Shown here: positions 50,461 through 63,979 of the stretch, piece by piece
Layout: the number at the start of each line of letters is the position of its first letter
How positions within the stretch are numbered: the stretch's first letter is position 1
Notes under the pieces: generated by a model
Databases searched by the model: none
Told to the model about the DNA's origin: nothing
What the model saw: the letters and a program-made list of their open reading frames with translations, nothing else
Source: Macrostomum lignano
Taxonomy: Eukaryota
Reading direction: 5' to 3'
NCBI GenBank assembly: GCA_002269645.1
Contig: NIVC01002449.1
Span: 108,834-172,833 of the forward strand
DNA length: 64,000 bases
Program-made: the position numbers and the translations under genes

Positions 50461-53078
50461 TTAATATTATTATAATAGTAACTATTATTAGTAGCTTTAT
50501 TGTTGTAGTTAATATTATTATTATTATTATTATTTTATTTTATTAGCAATGATGGGTTTCGACCTTCGGGCTCCTTGTTAGGGAAGCCTTCGGGCCTCAG
50601 GCTCAGAAATAAATCAATTAGTGACCTGGCCCCCCACTCCTGTCAGATGGTCAGCCCCATGGTAGCTTGATCGTGTTTGATCTTGCTTGATCTTGAGCAG
50701 TCTAGGTCCTATAGCTAAGAGAGGGACAGCGAGAGACGAGCAGGGAGAATTTTGAAAGTAGAAATTAGCTAATCCGCAGATCAACTAACTTGCTGCCACC
50801 AGCCCGTGCGCCCTGGCTCACCACACCGGGACTCTCGAAATCGGGCTTCCGACTAGAAGGGGCTTTGCACTTACCTGCCAACTAGTGTCTTTTTGCTGTC
50901 AATCTCGAAGTCATAGCCGATGATAAGGGACACTGCTGGGACTAGATCGCATTGGCCATGCAGGTACAGAGGGGACTTGTGCAGGGGATTCTTGCGGTGG
51001 CGAGTCTATGGGGTAGCTACATGTACTATTACATTGCTAAATACGAAGATATGTACTTTTGGCCTTCAACGTGCCAACTAGCCTCTCATAGCGCTGATGA
51101 TAGACTAACTCGAACTTCAGAGACCGCATGATTCATTTACCCGAGCCGCTTGGCTACCCTAGAGTGCACAAAGTACATCTCTGGCGCCGATTCTGCACTT
51201 CTGGCAGTTTTGCTCACTGATTTGATAGATTGGTCGACTGAGAATTGCCTTGCCATTGGTCCACTGTGACCGGCGCCTACTAGCTTAGCTACTCATCTGA
51301 GCCATCGGCGAACAAAGAAATAAAACCGATAAAAATAACTGTTAGATTTAACCTTCTCCTTAGTTCACTTCACACTTCAGATTGAATTGGAGTTTTAGAC
51401 TACTAGCAGTATTATTGAATGATTTCTGCCTCAGCAACAGCACCATTGAACAAAATGAGCAAAAGTGTGCGCCTAATTCAGCTACTGCAACAGGGGACAG
51501 ATAAGGGATCACCCAATCAAGCAAGTCTAGGTAGCCTCTCACCCAACCAATCAGAAACTCAACAGCCGGAGACCAGGTAATCCACAGTGACCGAATCGGC
51601 TTGATGCTTCGCAGCTGTAGACTCGGGATGATGCTGTCACGATCTTCGCTGATAGCTAGCAGGTGATGATCTTTGCTTGGTGTTCGCTGCTGTCGACCGG
51701 GGGACTCGTCCTTGATGATGATGGGGGAAGTCGCAATCCGGGGATCAAGAAACGACGGTCGTGCTCCGGGAACCAGAAGTTGCGCGCTGGGCCCGAGCCA
51801 AAGTTGAGTCCGAGCGGGCCAAAAACTCCGGTTTAAATAGCCGCCAACTGGACCGCAGTTTGTTATAATGGAACACGTCGATTCTGATTGGCTGAGCCGT
51901 TTTGTTAAAACGAGCGCCGAATTTTCTGATTGGCTAAGCTTGTTGCTACTCAGAATCACGTGACCGAGAGATCCTATCAGTTCCCACAGGGTCGTAAAAA
52001 GATGACAGGTGCGGCCATAAATCACTCAAAATCGCAACAAAATGATTTATGACCTTTCGCGTAGGATTGACAGAAATTAATGAAAAAATATACATTAGAA
52101 AGCTCTTATTAAATAGAAAGTGAAGATAATGAAGAGAAATTGCTAATCGCTAATCCCAAGGTACTTTTAGGGGTAAAACGCATAGCTGTCAAAGCTGTCA
52201 CACGCTTGAGTGAACACGAACAATAGGCTCTGACCTCATAAATCTTGATGGCCCGTCAAAATGATGAGAAAAAAGCTACCGCCCGCATCCTCTCAGACCA
52301 TCTGGCGCCCGCTTCAACACTGAGTGAGGCGCAGGTGGCTGTCAGACCAACTTCGAAAGCGATGATTTATGATGCCTATGTTATTATGACTACTAGTATG
52401 ACCAGGCATTATATCTAGTATAGATTCTATGACAATTCGCAGAAAAAAGGATAAAAATGCCCATTGCCCACTGTTAGTAGGCAAGTAAGTTTAGAGCCCA
52501 TGTGCTAGCGCGGGATTTGGGAAAAAGTGCGTCCTCATCAGCAATAGCAAATACATGACTAAAATCGCTGTTATGTCTGTGCAATAGTTTAACATTTATG
52601 CTTCACTCTTTCTGCGATCCTACGCTGTCAACGTCTGGCTTGAAGCTTTATTGAAATTCGAAATTTCTGTTTAGAAGCTAAACGTCAACTTCCAGCAACC
52701 TGCGCATTTTTTGACAGATCGAACTAGACCACAGCCGACTTTAAAATATCCCTAAAAATTCGTTAGCAAGTGCTATATTTAGCTTTGTTTCCATGGCGAT
52801 TTTTAACGAATTTATTGGAAAGCATATTTACTAATCCGATAGCATTAATACGATAATAGTAATAGTACGTAATAGTAAAAAGCCGCTATTGAGTCTTACA
52901 TATTATTAAGTATTTTTGTAGTACAGACAGCTCTGTTTATAGCCTCTACGTTTTTTTGCTTTAGTCTTAAAACCTACGAGGCACCACACTCGGCTTTCTT
53001 AGAAATAAGCTGGAGTCCAGTAAGGAACTTACGCTCGCTCGTACATTTTATACAGAATTTACAGTCATGACTTACCAT

Positions 53079-53219
53079 GTTTTACCATAGACAACTAAGG
53101 AATCTTCTGCAGTAGCCGATCGATGCGACTGGGGGCTTCGCGAAGCAAAATTGCACCCCAGATTTACGGCAGACGGGAAATCCGTGGTTTTACGCGACCG
53201 AAGTTGTCTATGGCAAAAC
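53079..53219. mobile_element. Mini-MITE with 17-bp TIRs GTTTTRCCATAGACAAC
   Basis: 53079-53095 versus 53203-53219, one mismatch. Confidence 0.5.
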
Positions 53220-53999
53220 CCGATTTAGTACTAAGCATTCTCAGTTTTGCACAGAGACAAATATATATATATATTACTGGCCTGCAGCTAAGAACATCGA
53301 ATAAGGCGGACTTTTACTTCAGTTTTCCATGCTTCTACGTATAGCTACTGCTGCGGTCACGCATGATGATATTTCTTTGCCGAACACAAAGTTTAAGTAC
53401 CTATTTACTTATTCAAAGGCTACTTAATTTTGTCGACTTTCGCGCGTGCATGCTGGAGATTCGTTGTTTTCTATAGTCACGCCGCTTAATCACAAATGAC
53501 TAACCAATATACTAACACGTATTACTAGAGTAGATATATCATATTACGCAAACATACGCTCGTATGACGCAACTAAGTTTTTCATCTTAAGTTAATCTCC
53601 TCGATTCGTCAGAGCAGCGTAATTTGCATGTATTCAGGAGACAAACGCACTTGAACTTTAATTTAAATTAGAGTCAGCTTGAAAATACACTAGCTTAAAA
53701 GTTACTATTAACCAAATGAACAATATTTCCGTCATTCGAGCGTATAGTGAGCCGAACAGATCCGAATTCTCGATTGGCGTCGCATCCTTAAATAATTTGC
53801 CTCGTTGTAAACTTATTGAAGGAAGGTTTCTTTCGACCCTGATGAGGCCATTGTCATAGCAAACATTATGTGAGGGTACCGTATGATGACGCAGCTTATA
53901 GCGCTTGTGATGGCCTTGAGTCATGAGACCACTTCAATGTGGCGCTCTGAGCACCCTTTATGGTCCAGGGCTGCGACAAATTTTAGTTGGCCGCAGAAA

Positions 54000-54335
54000 C
54001 AAATAGAATAAGCTCTGGACGTCTCCTATCACCGGCTGCTGCGCAACGCTCCCGGATGCTGCTACTACCCAGAGCTGCTCGAAAACGCCGCCCCTGAGCA
54101 CCACCCTGAGCCCTGAGCTGACTGGCCCTGATGGGCCACTGCCTCCGTAGCCATTGTCATGGAATGGCCACGTAGCCATGGAAGCCACGCCTTCCTTCTG
54201 GCCACCCTGATGCTGCACTACCCAACTGAGCCCCTGCGCCGAGAACAAGCCCCACCATCCTGCGGGCCACACTGACGAAGGACCTGCTAAACATCTCGGC
54301 CTGACCCCCTTAACCACCACTGACTGTTCAGCCTG
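54000..54335 (+). mobile_element. Decayed RTE-like LINE 3' fragment
   Basis: Frameshifted translation LDVSYHRLLRNA...SVAI...LMLHYPTEPLRR...ATLTKDL resembles the RTE C-terminus. Confidence 0.5.
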
Positions 54336-54659
54336 TTCAAAAAACACTGGAAATTTAACGCTACTGTATTTTTAGTCAATTTTTTATTCATAGATAAGCT
54401 TTCACACATTTGGCTATCACCAAAATGGCTTCCGATTGTACATGCACGCTTGTATAAACCAACATTCCAAAGCCAGTCTTATTTTAAGCTTATTGTTCCT
54501 CATTCGCGTCTTGGATAAATATCAAAAGAATTTAAACAGCTCAGGTACATGTACCGGTAGCTTATGAGGTTAACAACAAAATATTTTGATGAAGATTTTG
54601 ATTGAATTGGTCAAGCACAAGTTGCATGTATTCGAATAATAGTTCTGTGCAGATAATAC

Positions 54660-54885
54660 ACTTCAATTAGACAATATAGACTTCAATTAGACAATCTAAA
54701 CTCCAATTAGACACCATTGAATTCAATTGGACACCATAGGCTCCAATTAGGCACCATAGACTCCAATTAGGCACCATAGACTCCAATTAGACACCATAGC
54801 CTCCAATTAGACACTCTAAACTCCAATTAGACACCATTGAATTCAATTAGACAATCTAGACTCCAGTTGAGCATTCTAGACTCCC
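54660..54885. repeat. 20-bp minisatellite (ACTCCAATTAGACACCATAG)-like
   Basis: About 11 degenerate copies just upstream of the acceptor preceding ENaC paralog 2. Confidence 0.9.
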
Positions 54886-54944
54886 TCATAATTTCATTTA
54901 ACCTAATCATCAGGTGCGTTGAGCGTCCGGACAGCACGTAGATC

Positions 54945-56397
54945 ATGCCCAATGCCTTAGTGAACGCCATCGCATCCAGCTCGGCCCATATGGCATCAGT
55001 CGAGCAGCTGCCACCAAAGCCAAGCCACTACGCCTAATTTGGACAGTGCTGTTTGTCGTATTTCTGGCATTCTTCCTCAAGAGTGGCATCAGTTTCATGA
55101 TAAAGCTGCAAGAGAACAAGCTGACAAAGATTTTCACCTGGATCAGGTGCCTTTTCTATTTCCAGATTTGTACTTCTGTCCAAGTAATCCGTATTCAGGC
55201 AGCTACCCGTTTCTGCTATCAAAGGCGGAAGCAGAGATCTTAAATGACAAAATTAACAAGCTTATTCTGCAGTATGAAAAACTATACTTATTTACAAATT
55301 TTTCCAGCCGGGACAGTGTAGACATCAGGTCATTCTTTAATTGTTCAAAATGCGTTTCCATTTTAGCTGGCAGCCGAGTAATTGACCCGTCGCAAAGAAC
55401 AGGCTATACTCAAGGCATGGATGATCAGCAACTATCTGAAATATGACATCCCGTTAGAGTTATTTTACAATCCGGAGAACCTAATTTGCGTCAGAGTTAA
55501 TCAGATTTACCGACAAACTAAAACAAGAAATGATGTCTTCCAGTAGCGTTATGAAATTTTCGCTATCCACAGATCCTTACTTCACTGACTTGAATTTCAC
55601 TGGCAGTCCATATTCATCCGATTGTTGACAATAAAAAAGGATCAGTACGGAGCTAAAGATGTCAGGCTGTATGATGGTAATTGTCCCACCCGGGACTTAT
55701 CCGTCACTGAAGTTTGAGAAGAAAGTACACATGGCTCCTGGCAAATGCTTGTATTCTAATAGAGCTGCAGTTGGAAGAGAATGCTTGTAGTGAGGACCTG
55801 CACAGGACTCAATACCTTCAATGCATTGAAAACCATCCCCAGTTGGATTCAGGAACCCAATGACTCATAGGTCTGAGTACTACAACTACAGCAGTTCCGC
55901 TTGCTACTACTCGTATCTGCATAGAAGTGCTCTACAACGGAAAATGCTCTGCCAAATGTCCTTATCGCCCAGCCTGTGGAAGTACCGCGTCATTGGCCCC
56001 GCTGTTACAACTCAACAAAATGACTGAATCTTCTATAGCACAATTTAGAAGTTCTATCAGAAGTACGCAGTCCACGGAGCAATTCCGCAGGAGAATACCA
56101 TGCTAATATCCGCAGTACAGTGCTCGCTACTCATTCTCTAAATGGCCAAGCATTGGAAGCGCTACAGAGCACTATTTTGCCACCGCGGTTGCACTATGAC
56201 AATGAGACGGCGACGGCAAATCTGGTCAGTATCGCCCGAAGTTTGAAAACAAAAGGCTCTGTTGCTTCGATGATGTCGCCTCAGGTTGTACTTACTGGTC
56301 TTACACGTTCACTGACTTTCTAGCCGACACTGGCGCACACATCGGGTGCAGTGTGCTCACTCTGTGCGAGCTGCTCGAGCTGGTGTACTCGATCTAA
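54945..56397 (+). pseudogene. DEG/ENaC-family paralog 2, heavily disrupted
   Basis: Collinear with paralog 1: MPNAL...SSAH/GISRAA, LIWTVLF, DFHLDQVPFLFPDLYFCPSNPYSGSYPF, STDPYFTDLNFTG, YNYSSSAC, KWPSIGS, FLADT...IGCSVLTLCELLELVY. Many frameshifts plus multi-base deletions near TM2. Confidence 0.85.
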
Positions 56398-57547
56398 TAG
56401 AGCGTTTACTCATTAAAGCATGCTCGAGACGCACGTTTTCGAGAGACGAGCCAACAGAACTGAAGTGCAGTTGTCAATCAGATTTAAAAATCAGATTTAA
56501 AAGATTTTAAAAAATGACTAAGATTTTTTTTGCTTTTTTTTCGCAATGAACATGGTCAATATGAGTTGCAACTTTGTTGAGGTGAAGGCCACATGGACCG
56601 AAAGCAATGCAGTTCCCAGTAAATTAGATATGCGGGTAGCACCAATCAGTCGGTATCAGAAATCATTTAAAATAATATGCTAGACATGTTTTTTTGTGCA
56701 GTTTGATCCCAGAGTAGATTGGAAGCGGTAAAAAATAAATAGTTCTACTGACACTGACGTATCACATATCAAGACAAAAGCGTACAAATGTATTATACAT
56801 GTACTAGTAAGCATGTGTACTTTCTAGGGATTCAATAATTAAAGTAGTACATGTACCATGTACACTGTACATGTACATTCAGCGGTTGCTCGGATCCGCT
56901 GCATGCTCGGATTGGATGGGTTGGATTAGCTTAATCCTGCGCATATAGGATTACGGCGCGGTGTGCCACACGTATATCATGTAATCTAGCTCTAGAGATG
57001 TACATACATTGCACACGTATCTTTCTTATTCTGGCCCTTGGGCTTGTTTTACCCTTTGTTTTCTTAATATGCAAATAATACTTTGCTTTTTGAAGTACTA
57101 TATATAAATACGAGTACATGATGCAATTCTATATTGTTCCCCGAACTGACAATTGCATCTGAATGTACGATCGAAATGTTTTAAAGTTTCAATGAAAATT
57201 CCGAAATGGAATTTTCCTGTCTTGACAAAACTATATACCCCCATTTGTCACACAATCAACGCCTTTGAGGCCGTCAACCCAAGGCACAGAGAAGTGTACT
57301 ATAACATGTACATGTACTGCTGTAGATATGTACATGTCAACGCAACAATAGTTAGAACTGCTGCACACTAGCTCCTATGTGAGACTGTGTACGTATTTGC
57401 ACGCTTGTGTTTCTGCTTAGGATAAAGTCGGCGGAATGGGCAGTAGCTGCCTCTCACCGCGGTTGTTTGATATATCTCACTTGCGCCATTTGTGAACACA
57501 GCCCTTGCCTCGAACTAAAAATAAAACTAATACACTGCCTCAATTTC

Positions 57548-60088
57548 CCCAAGTAAAAAAGATCCGACTTTTTAACGTTCAGAAAACGTTTTCGGCAAAA
57601 CACTTTTAACGTTCTCGTGCAAACGTTCAAAACACGTTCAGAATGTCCCAACAAAAAACGTTCTGAAAGCGTTTACTCGAAACGTTTTAATTTAGACGAA
57701 CTGACAACGATCTGAAACGTTTTCCTTAAAACGGTTTGATTTAAACGAACTTTAAACGTTTGTATGCAGCTTTCTTAGACAACTTTGCCGAAAGTTGAGG
57801 ATTTAATGACACAAAAATTTAAAGAATTAAGTCATCTTGAAATAACAGCTCCTTACAGAATGTTTGAATGTTTAAAGATAAGCATAGGCTTGTGACTGCA
57901 CTAAAGGACAAAGAAACTGGTCGCATTATTGAGCTTCAAGTTTATTTTATTAAAATTTCATTTGCAAATTTTGTAATGCTTGTGAAGTAAGGCATAAAAA
58001 CTTTTGAGCTATTGCGCAGCTGCAGATAATAAATTCGGGTTGCTATAATGCTTAGAAAAGTATATCACAGTGATAAATAAGCTGTGACAAACATGAAATG
58101 CACAAATAAAATGCATATTATTATTAAAAATGGTTTTCATGCACCGAATTGGGTCTTCTTTGTGCTTTAACACCACCTTTGGAACACTTTTCTTTCGTTT
58201 AACTCTGCAAAGAAAAGCAGAAACCATGAAAGGCAGTTTTTTCTTGCCAGTCATTGAAACCATGGCCGACAGTGAGAGCAGCCTGTGCAGGATTTGATGG
58301 GCTCGATAGACCACTTCTTGAATGCTGTTGCGAGCTGCAACTCCTGGAAAGAAATGAAAATACTGTGTGATAATAGGGAAAAGCATTCAGTACAATGGCA
58401 CTTGCAAAAGCTTAGCTTTGAAACTGAATAAAAAGATAATATTGTTGGTAGGAGGCAGCGCCAGACACTTTTTAAGTTAATATTAGGTCTGATTACAAAA
58501 ACAATGTTATTAAAGTGCTCTTAGAAGGCTTTAAACAAAATGACAACACTGTAAGGGCTAAGAGCTGCCTTTGATTTTTGCATTGGAATTATGAATACGA
58601 GTAAAATAGGATTAAAGTGAAAAATATAAACTCAGAAGCACTTACCAGTTTTCACATCAATAAGCATTGTATAAAGATGTAGAATGAGCTACTGAAGAAG
58701 AGGCATATAGCAGGTCAATGGGGAGCTTGGCTGGCAGCAGGCAATTTTTTGGTAGTAGGCCTATAATTGCCATAATAGTCTGCTTTATCATTTTCTTGTA
58801 CAATAGCAAATAACCAAAAGCTCCTTTAGGACAATCTTTTTAAAGGCTGAAATGGAAAGCAATTACCAAAGATATATGAAGAATAAGGGCCTATACATTT
58901 TAGCACCATGCAAACAAATAAATAGGCTTAGCCTTAGGCTAAATAAACTTAGAAATTGACTAGAAAAGGTCAAACAAGGGCTTATATTAAGTAAATTTGG
59001 ATTTTATTAAAATTAGTTTACTATAAAGTTAGGCTAAGTTAAGTAATTTATTGCTTTAAATTTAATAACAAAAACTACACTAGAATAGAATAATTTAATT
59101 AGCATAGTCTATAATTACCTATAGACCTAGTAAACCAACAAGTAATAATAATAATAAGTGATCTAAAAGACAACATAGTATTTAAAATAAAATATTGCTA
59201 AATACAATAAAAGCCAAAAGGTCATCCATATAAGAATAGTAATATTAGCATATAGCAATGGCAATGCCAATATGGGTAAGTCTGATTTAATTATAAAGTT
59301 ATTAATTATTAATTAGCCCCTTTGGTTAGGAACAAAATAATGGCAACCTTGTGTTGGTTTCCTGCTTAGACTGCTACAAAAAAGTAGTCAGACCCAAGGG
59401 GCCAAGGCCTAATAACAATGAAAAACAGCAATGCATTTGCACTATGCCTATGCCCTATGGCTATGCCAATGGGCTATGGCCATGGGTATGTGGAAATATA
59501 AAATATTATTAATATTGGTCTATAAAACTTAATTAAGTATACAAGTAGAGACCTATATAATGCCTCTGTCTATTACGCCTCTTAGTCTGGTCTGATCTAG
59601 CGGCTAGCCTAGACTTAACTCTAAAAAAAGCTAAGTTGTAGGCCTATACAGCATTACAGGTAATACAGAAACATATAGTTGAAAAATAGCAAATTTGGCA
59701 TCATTTACGATCCATACCAATACAAAATCAATATTTACAAGCTAGGTGACTCTTAAAACTATAGTCAGCCGAAGTTGGCGAGCGAATATGTTTTAAAAAC
59801 GTGCAGTCAGCCATATTTATTTTTAGGAGCTATAACAAAATTCACACGAAGGCTTTCAAAAAGAAGAGAGAAAAAGCTTAAAAAAGTAACAAACCTCCAC
59901 TGAAGAAGTTATTTTAGACTTTAATAGTGATAAAACTATAAAAGAGAGGCAAGTAAAAAGTATGTGAAAAGTGATGTTAAAAATTTCCCGTTGTATACGT
60001 TCAAAAACCGTTAGTTTGACGTCTTTAGAAAAACGTTTTCTTTAAGTCAAAGCAGAAAACGTTCGTGAAACGTCACGTTTTACTTGGG
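57548..60088. mobile_element. Non-autonomous CACTA/EnSpm(CMC)-like DNA transposon, 2541 bp
   Basis: TIR CCCAAGTAAAA / TTTTACTTGGG; 2-bp TSD TC on both sides (57546-47, 60089-90); AAAACGTT subterminal repeats at both ends. Confidence 0.85.
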
Positions 60089-60887
60089 TCGTGTCTTGTT
60101 AAGATAGTTTATTTAAAGAAAAACTACCATAGGCTTCACATACTTAAGTCATCCTTGATGAAAACCGTCGGCGTGAAACGGTGGGGGTTCTTCAGCTGTA
60201 CAGTGGATTAACTGTCCGATGTCCGACTTTTTAACGACATAACAAATTTAACAAGTAAATCGAACATTTTCATTAGTATCTGTAAATAAACTATACAAAC
60301 CAGATACGAAGTACTAGAAGGTGATTTTAAACTTAGCTTTAAAGATTGAAACTTAAAGTATTTTTTTACTACATTTTGAATGAATATATACCTTGGTTAT
60401 TTAACGAAACACGTGGTGGGCAACCGTACAGTGACCGTATCAACTTTTTCTCTACTTCGGGTTTCTTGTTTATTCTTCCTATTTCTAGGTCATATTTTCT
60501 TTAGCCGCGATTAGTAAGAGGAGATAGAAAATTTTACAAGTTTAGAGCCTGATCGGGGCTTGGTATAAATCAGGAATTCATTCAACCAACTTTATCAGAT
60601 CAGTGTATAGCCATAGGTTATAGGTAGGCCCCCCCCCCCTAGACAACCAAGGCTTTTAAATACAATTTACAGAATTTCAGTTTGGTTCGACATAGGCTTA
60701 GATAGTCTAGAAATACCAGCACAAAGGTCACAGCCCTCGCTGTCTTTAAATTCAACTAACACAAACGCTTGTGTGTTGCATAGAGTAGGCTAGTTCATAT
60801 AGCTTCTAGTATTGCAGGTTTTACTTTAATTTTCTTCATAATCGTACATAGTAGGCCTAGGCCTAGGCCCTAATTTTGAGTTAAAAT

Positions 60888-63800
60888 ATGGAAAATGTGT
60901 GTTCATCCTGCAGCAAGGCTGTGTATTCTATGGAGCTTTTAAAGTGTATGGATCAGGTAATTATGCAATTACAAATTCCTTAATTTGGTTCTTTGTAGTC
61001 TGTTTCAATAGAGTCCATAGTTATAGTCTTGATACAAGGTACTGGCTCTTGCATTAGGCCTATATAATCTCCTTATTGTCCCTTTATTTGTTAATTTTTG
61101 TTAGTTTTTCTTTTTTATACTTATAATACATTATTTAACATAACTTCATAAATAAGATCAAGGTAGGCCTGGCCACCTAGTTTTATTCTAGATTGAAAAG
61201 GCAGTGCTTATTTAGCTGGCACTGGTCAAATAAACCTATCACTATTTAGCTAGCAGTCTGGCCTATTACTGGTCAAATTAATAAGATTTTTTCTTTATAA
61301 ATTTATCTTTATAAATCTGGTTGCACCACTAATAGGCACATTTGATACTAAAAAAACAGAATAAAAAAAACAATTTTATTATAATTTGATGCATTTTTAA
61401 AAAGTCCTATTCCACTATATAGTTAGCCCTATCAATGTACATTTTTACCTCTGTTGTTGGCCAGCTCCATCATTTCACCTTCACTGCCAGTTCCCCTATT
61501 TCTAGACAGTTTGAACTGATATGCAATTTGTCTAGACTTTGTAAAAAGCCACTTACTCAGTTCATGTCTTATTACTCATTTGTCATTAAAATTGACAATT
61601 GAAAGAAGTAGCCTAACTCCCCATTTTCAGTAGACACAACTTTTGTGGACCAAAAAATTAAGTTACCATAAAGGCATGGGCCAGATTATAATATTAAAGA
61701 CTAGTGGTCGGACAATATTGAATTTTCAAGATTTTCGAGATTCGAGATTGGCCTCTTCAAGATATTCGAGATTTGATCGAGATTCGAGACATATAGTGGA
61801 ACTGGTGGTAGGTCTATTAGACAAGCTCCCGGGATCCCAAGAACCATCTCCGAAGGCACAGGATTCAAAATGTTAAATAAAATTTTGCCAACCCAGTAAA
61901 ACAAAGTATTGCTAACCATCATCAGCAAACAAAAATACAACTCATTGAAATAACCGGATTACACATTAAATATTTCCATGTGGATACGAGGTACCTAACT
62001 GACAAACTAGCGAGACAAAAGAAACCATCAATGTCACATGTTGAGTGTTGATCTTGGACATCAACTTCAAGTAGCCGATGAATTGCTGAAACATTAATTG
62101 TTTAAAGCAGAAATGCATTACATTACAAATAAATTGAAAATAGTAAATATATTGTTCAAAACAGCGCGCATTCTCTAATGCAAGCCATGACCATCGGCAT
62201 CTGTATGCTATATATAAACTATACATTCTTCGTAACATGCAAAATTTAAACAAAATATTGACATTGACACCATCAGGCTCTATGATATGATGCTGCATGC
62301 TCTCATAGATCGAAATGTTTTTCAAACATTAATTTTTCTCAAATCTCGACATTTTTTTTCGAGATTGTGAAGTTGAGATCAAGATTTGAGAAAACCCCAA
62401 GATCTCAGATCTCAAGATCGAGATCGAGATCTCATCTGACCCTAATAAAGACAAAGGAAGCTTGCAGGCCACATAAAAAGTCTTTGAGGGCCAAGATCTA
62501 GCCTAATAGCCAGAGGTTATAGACCTTTGCTATAGTATAATATTTTTGAGATTACTAGAGACTTATTTAAAAAAAAGTTAGAGATAATTATTGGAAAACA
62601 ACTAGCTATGGCTATGACTATTATAGTTAGCAGAATATAGATATGCTACAAGAAAAAATAGTTAAATGGCTAGGGTCTATGGAATTTATATATATATTTA
62701 TATATATATATATATTTATATTTATATTTATATTTTTTTATATTTACAAGGTTTGTTCCAGAAATAGTGGGAAAAACTAGTATAGAGGACTGATTGTGAT
62801 TCGAATATGATGCAACTTGTATCATAAGTAGAAAAAATCCAATGATTGTTTTGCTTTTTAAATGGGGTAAAAATGCCAATTCATTAAAAAGTTATGCCTA
62901 TAATTAAAACAAGGGGTAGGGGGTAGATTACACCAAGTTGAAGGGTCTGCAAAGTCAGTCACACAGCATTGCCATTGCCTTGACTGATGACTTTTCGACA
63001 AAGTCACCCCTCAGCCTGTAGCCTACAGCTGTTCTGCTTCTTCTTCAGATTAGCTCCTGCTTTTTTGAGGGCTTGTGTGCTCTTTGTTTCTCTTCAACTT
63101 CTTTGTTTGCTTCTGTTTTCAAATGGATGGTTCTGACTAAGCATCAAAAGTTTAGTCTATGACCAGCATAGTAGGCTCAACTTGGTATAACTCTACCCCC
63201 TACCCCTTGTTCTAATTATAGGAATAACTTTTAATGAATTGACATTTTACCCCAATTACAAAGCAAAACAACCATTGGATTTTTTCTACTTATGACGGCA
63301 AGTTGCATCAAATTTGAATATCACAGTCAGCTTCTATACTGGTTTTTATATCTATATTATTTAGTAAAATGGATTAGTAAAATATCCATTATATTCCCAT
63401 TATTAGTAAAATCCATTAATCTAAAGAATTACATATGTAATTAGTTAGTTAAGATGTATTGTCATTAGGAGAAACAATTTTATATCTAAAAGTACACAAT
63501 CAAAAAACTTTGATATAAATCGGAGATATGAAATTATATATAGTTTAACTTGTTTCCTAAATCTTGAAATCAATATTTCAATTATGACAAATAAAATTGT
63601 TTACTACTACTTATCATCTGTATTTAACTACTATATGCCATTTCAAAACCTTACTAGAAAAAAAGCGATTGAATATTGTACTTTTATTATTTTTATTTTG
63701 TATGTTTTAGGCATGGCACAGAACCTGCTTCAAATGCCAGACATGTGGCACCACACTCAACATCAATAATTACAAGGCCTATGACAAAAGGCCATACTGC

Positions 63801-63979
63801 AAAGTTATGCATGTTTATCTATAATTTCGTTTCATTTTTATGTTAACTCTCAATTCATTCTTATATTAGTGGATTTCTTTTTTATTTTAGGCATTACCCA
63901 GAGTCAAGGCATATACCTTTGTCACTGACAACCAGGAAATTTCGGAGAGTGAAGCAGAAATACTGCTGTTATTAGCTCT
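60888..63979 (+). CDS. LASP1: LASP1/nebulette-like LIM + nebulin-repeat protein, 5' part; exons 60888-60956, 63711-63805, 63891-63979 (exon 3 carries indels)
   Basis: [23 protein letters not shown]|[31 protein letters not shown]..|[24 protein letters not shown] aligns with LASP1 (CARCGKIVY...CLDK|FWHKACFHCETC...YC|[21 protein letters not shown]). The 69-nt and 95-nt exons match as recalled. Confidence 0.85.
61702..62444. mobile_element. hAT-like non-autonomous element in LASP intron 1
   Basis: Imperfect TIR TAGTGGTCGGA / TCTGACCCTA; 8-bp TSD TTAAAGAC vs ATAAAGAC (7/8); TCGAGA subterminal repeats. Confidence 0.65.
62773..63347. mobile_element. MITE with ~170-bp imperfect TIRs in LASP intron 1
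   Basis: 62773-62940 is the reverse complement of 63178-63347 at high identity. Confidence 0.8.

Noticed and set aside
51360-52025. 221-aa minus-strand ORF
   Set aside because: Non-ATG start, no recognisable domain, and it overlaps promoter-like motifs.
60150-60200. Possible hammerhead (TTGATGA...GAAAC); similar partial hits at ~42985-43030, ~50555-50600 (minus) and ~53835
   Set aside because: Catalytic core is altered or stems II/I do not pair.
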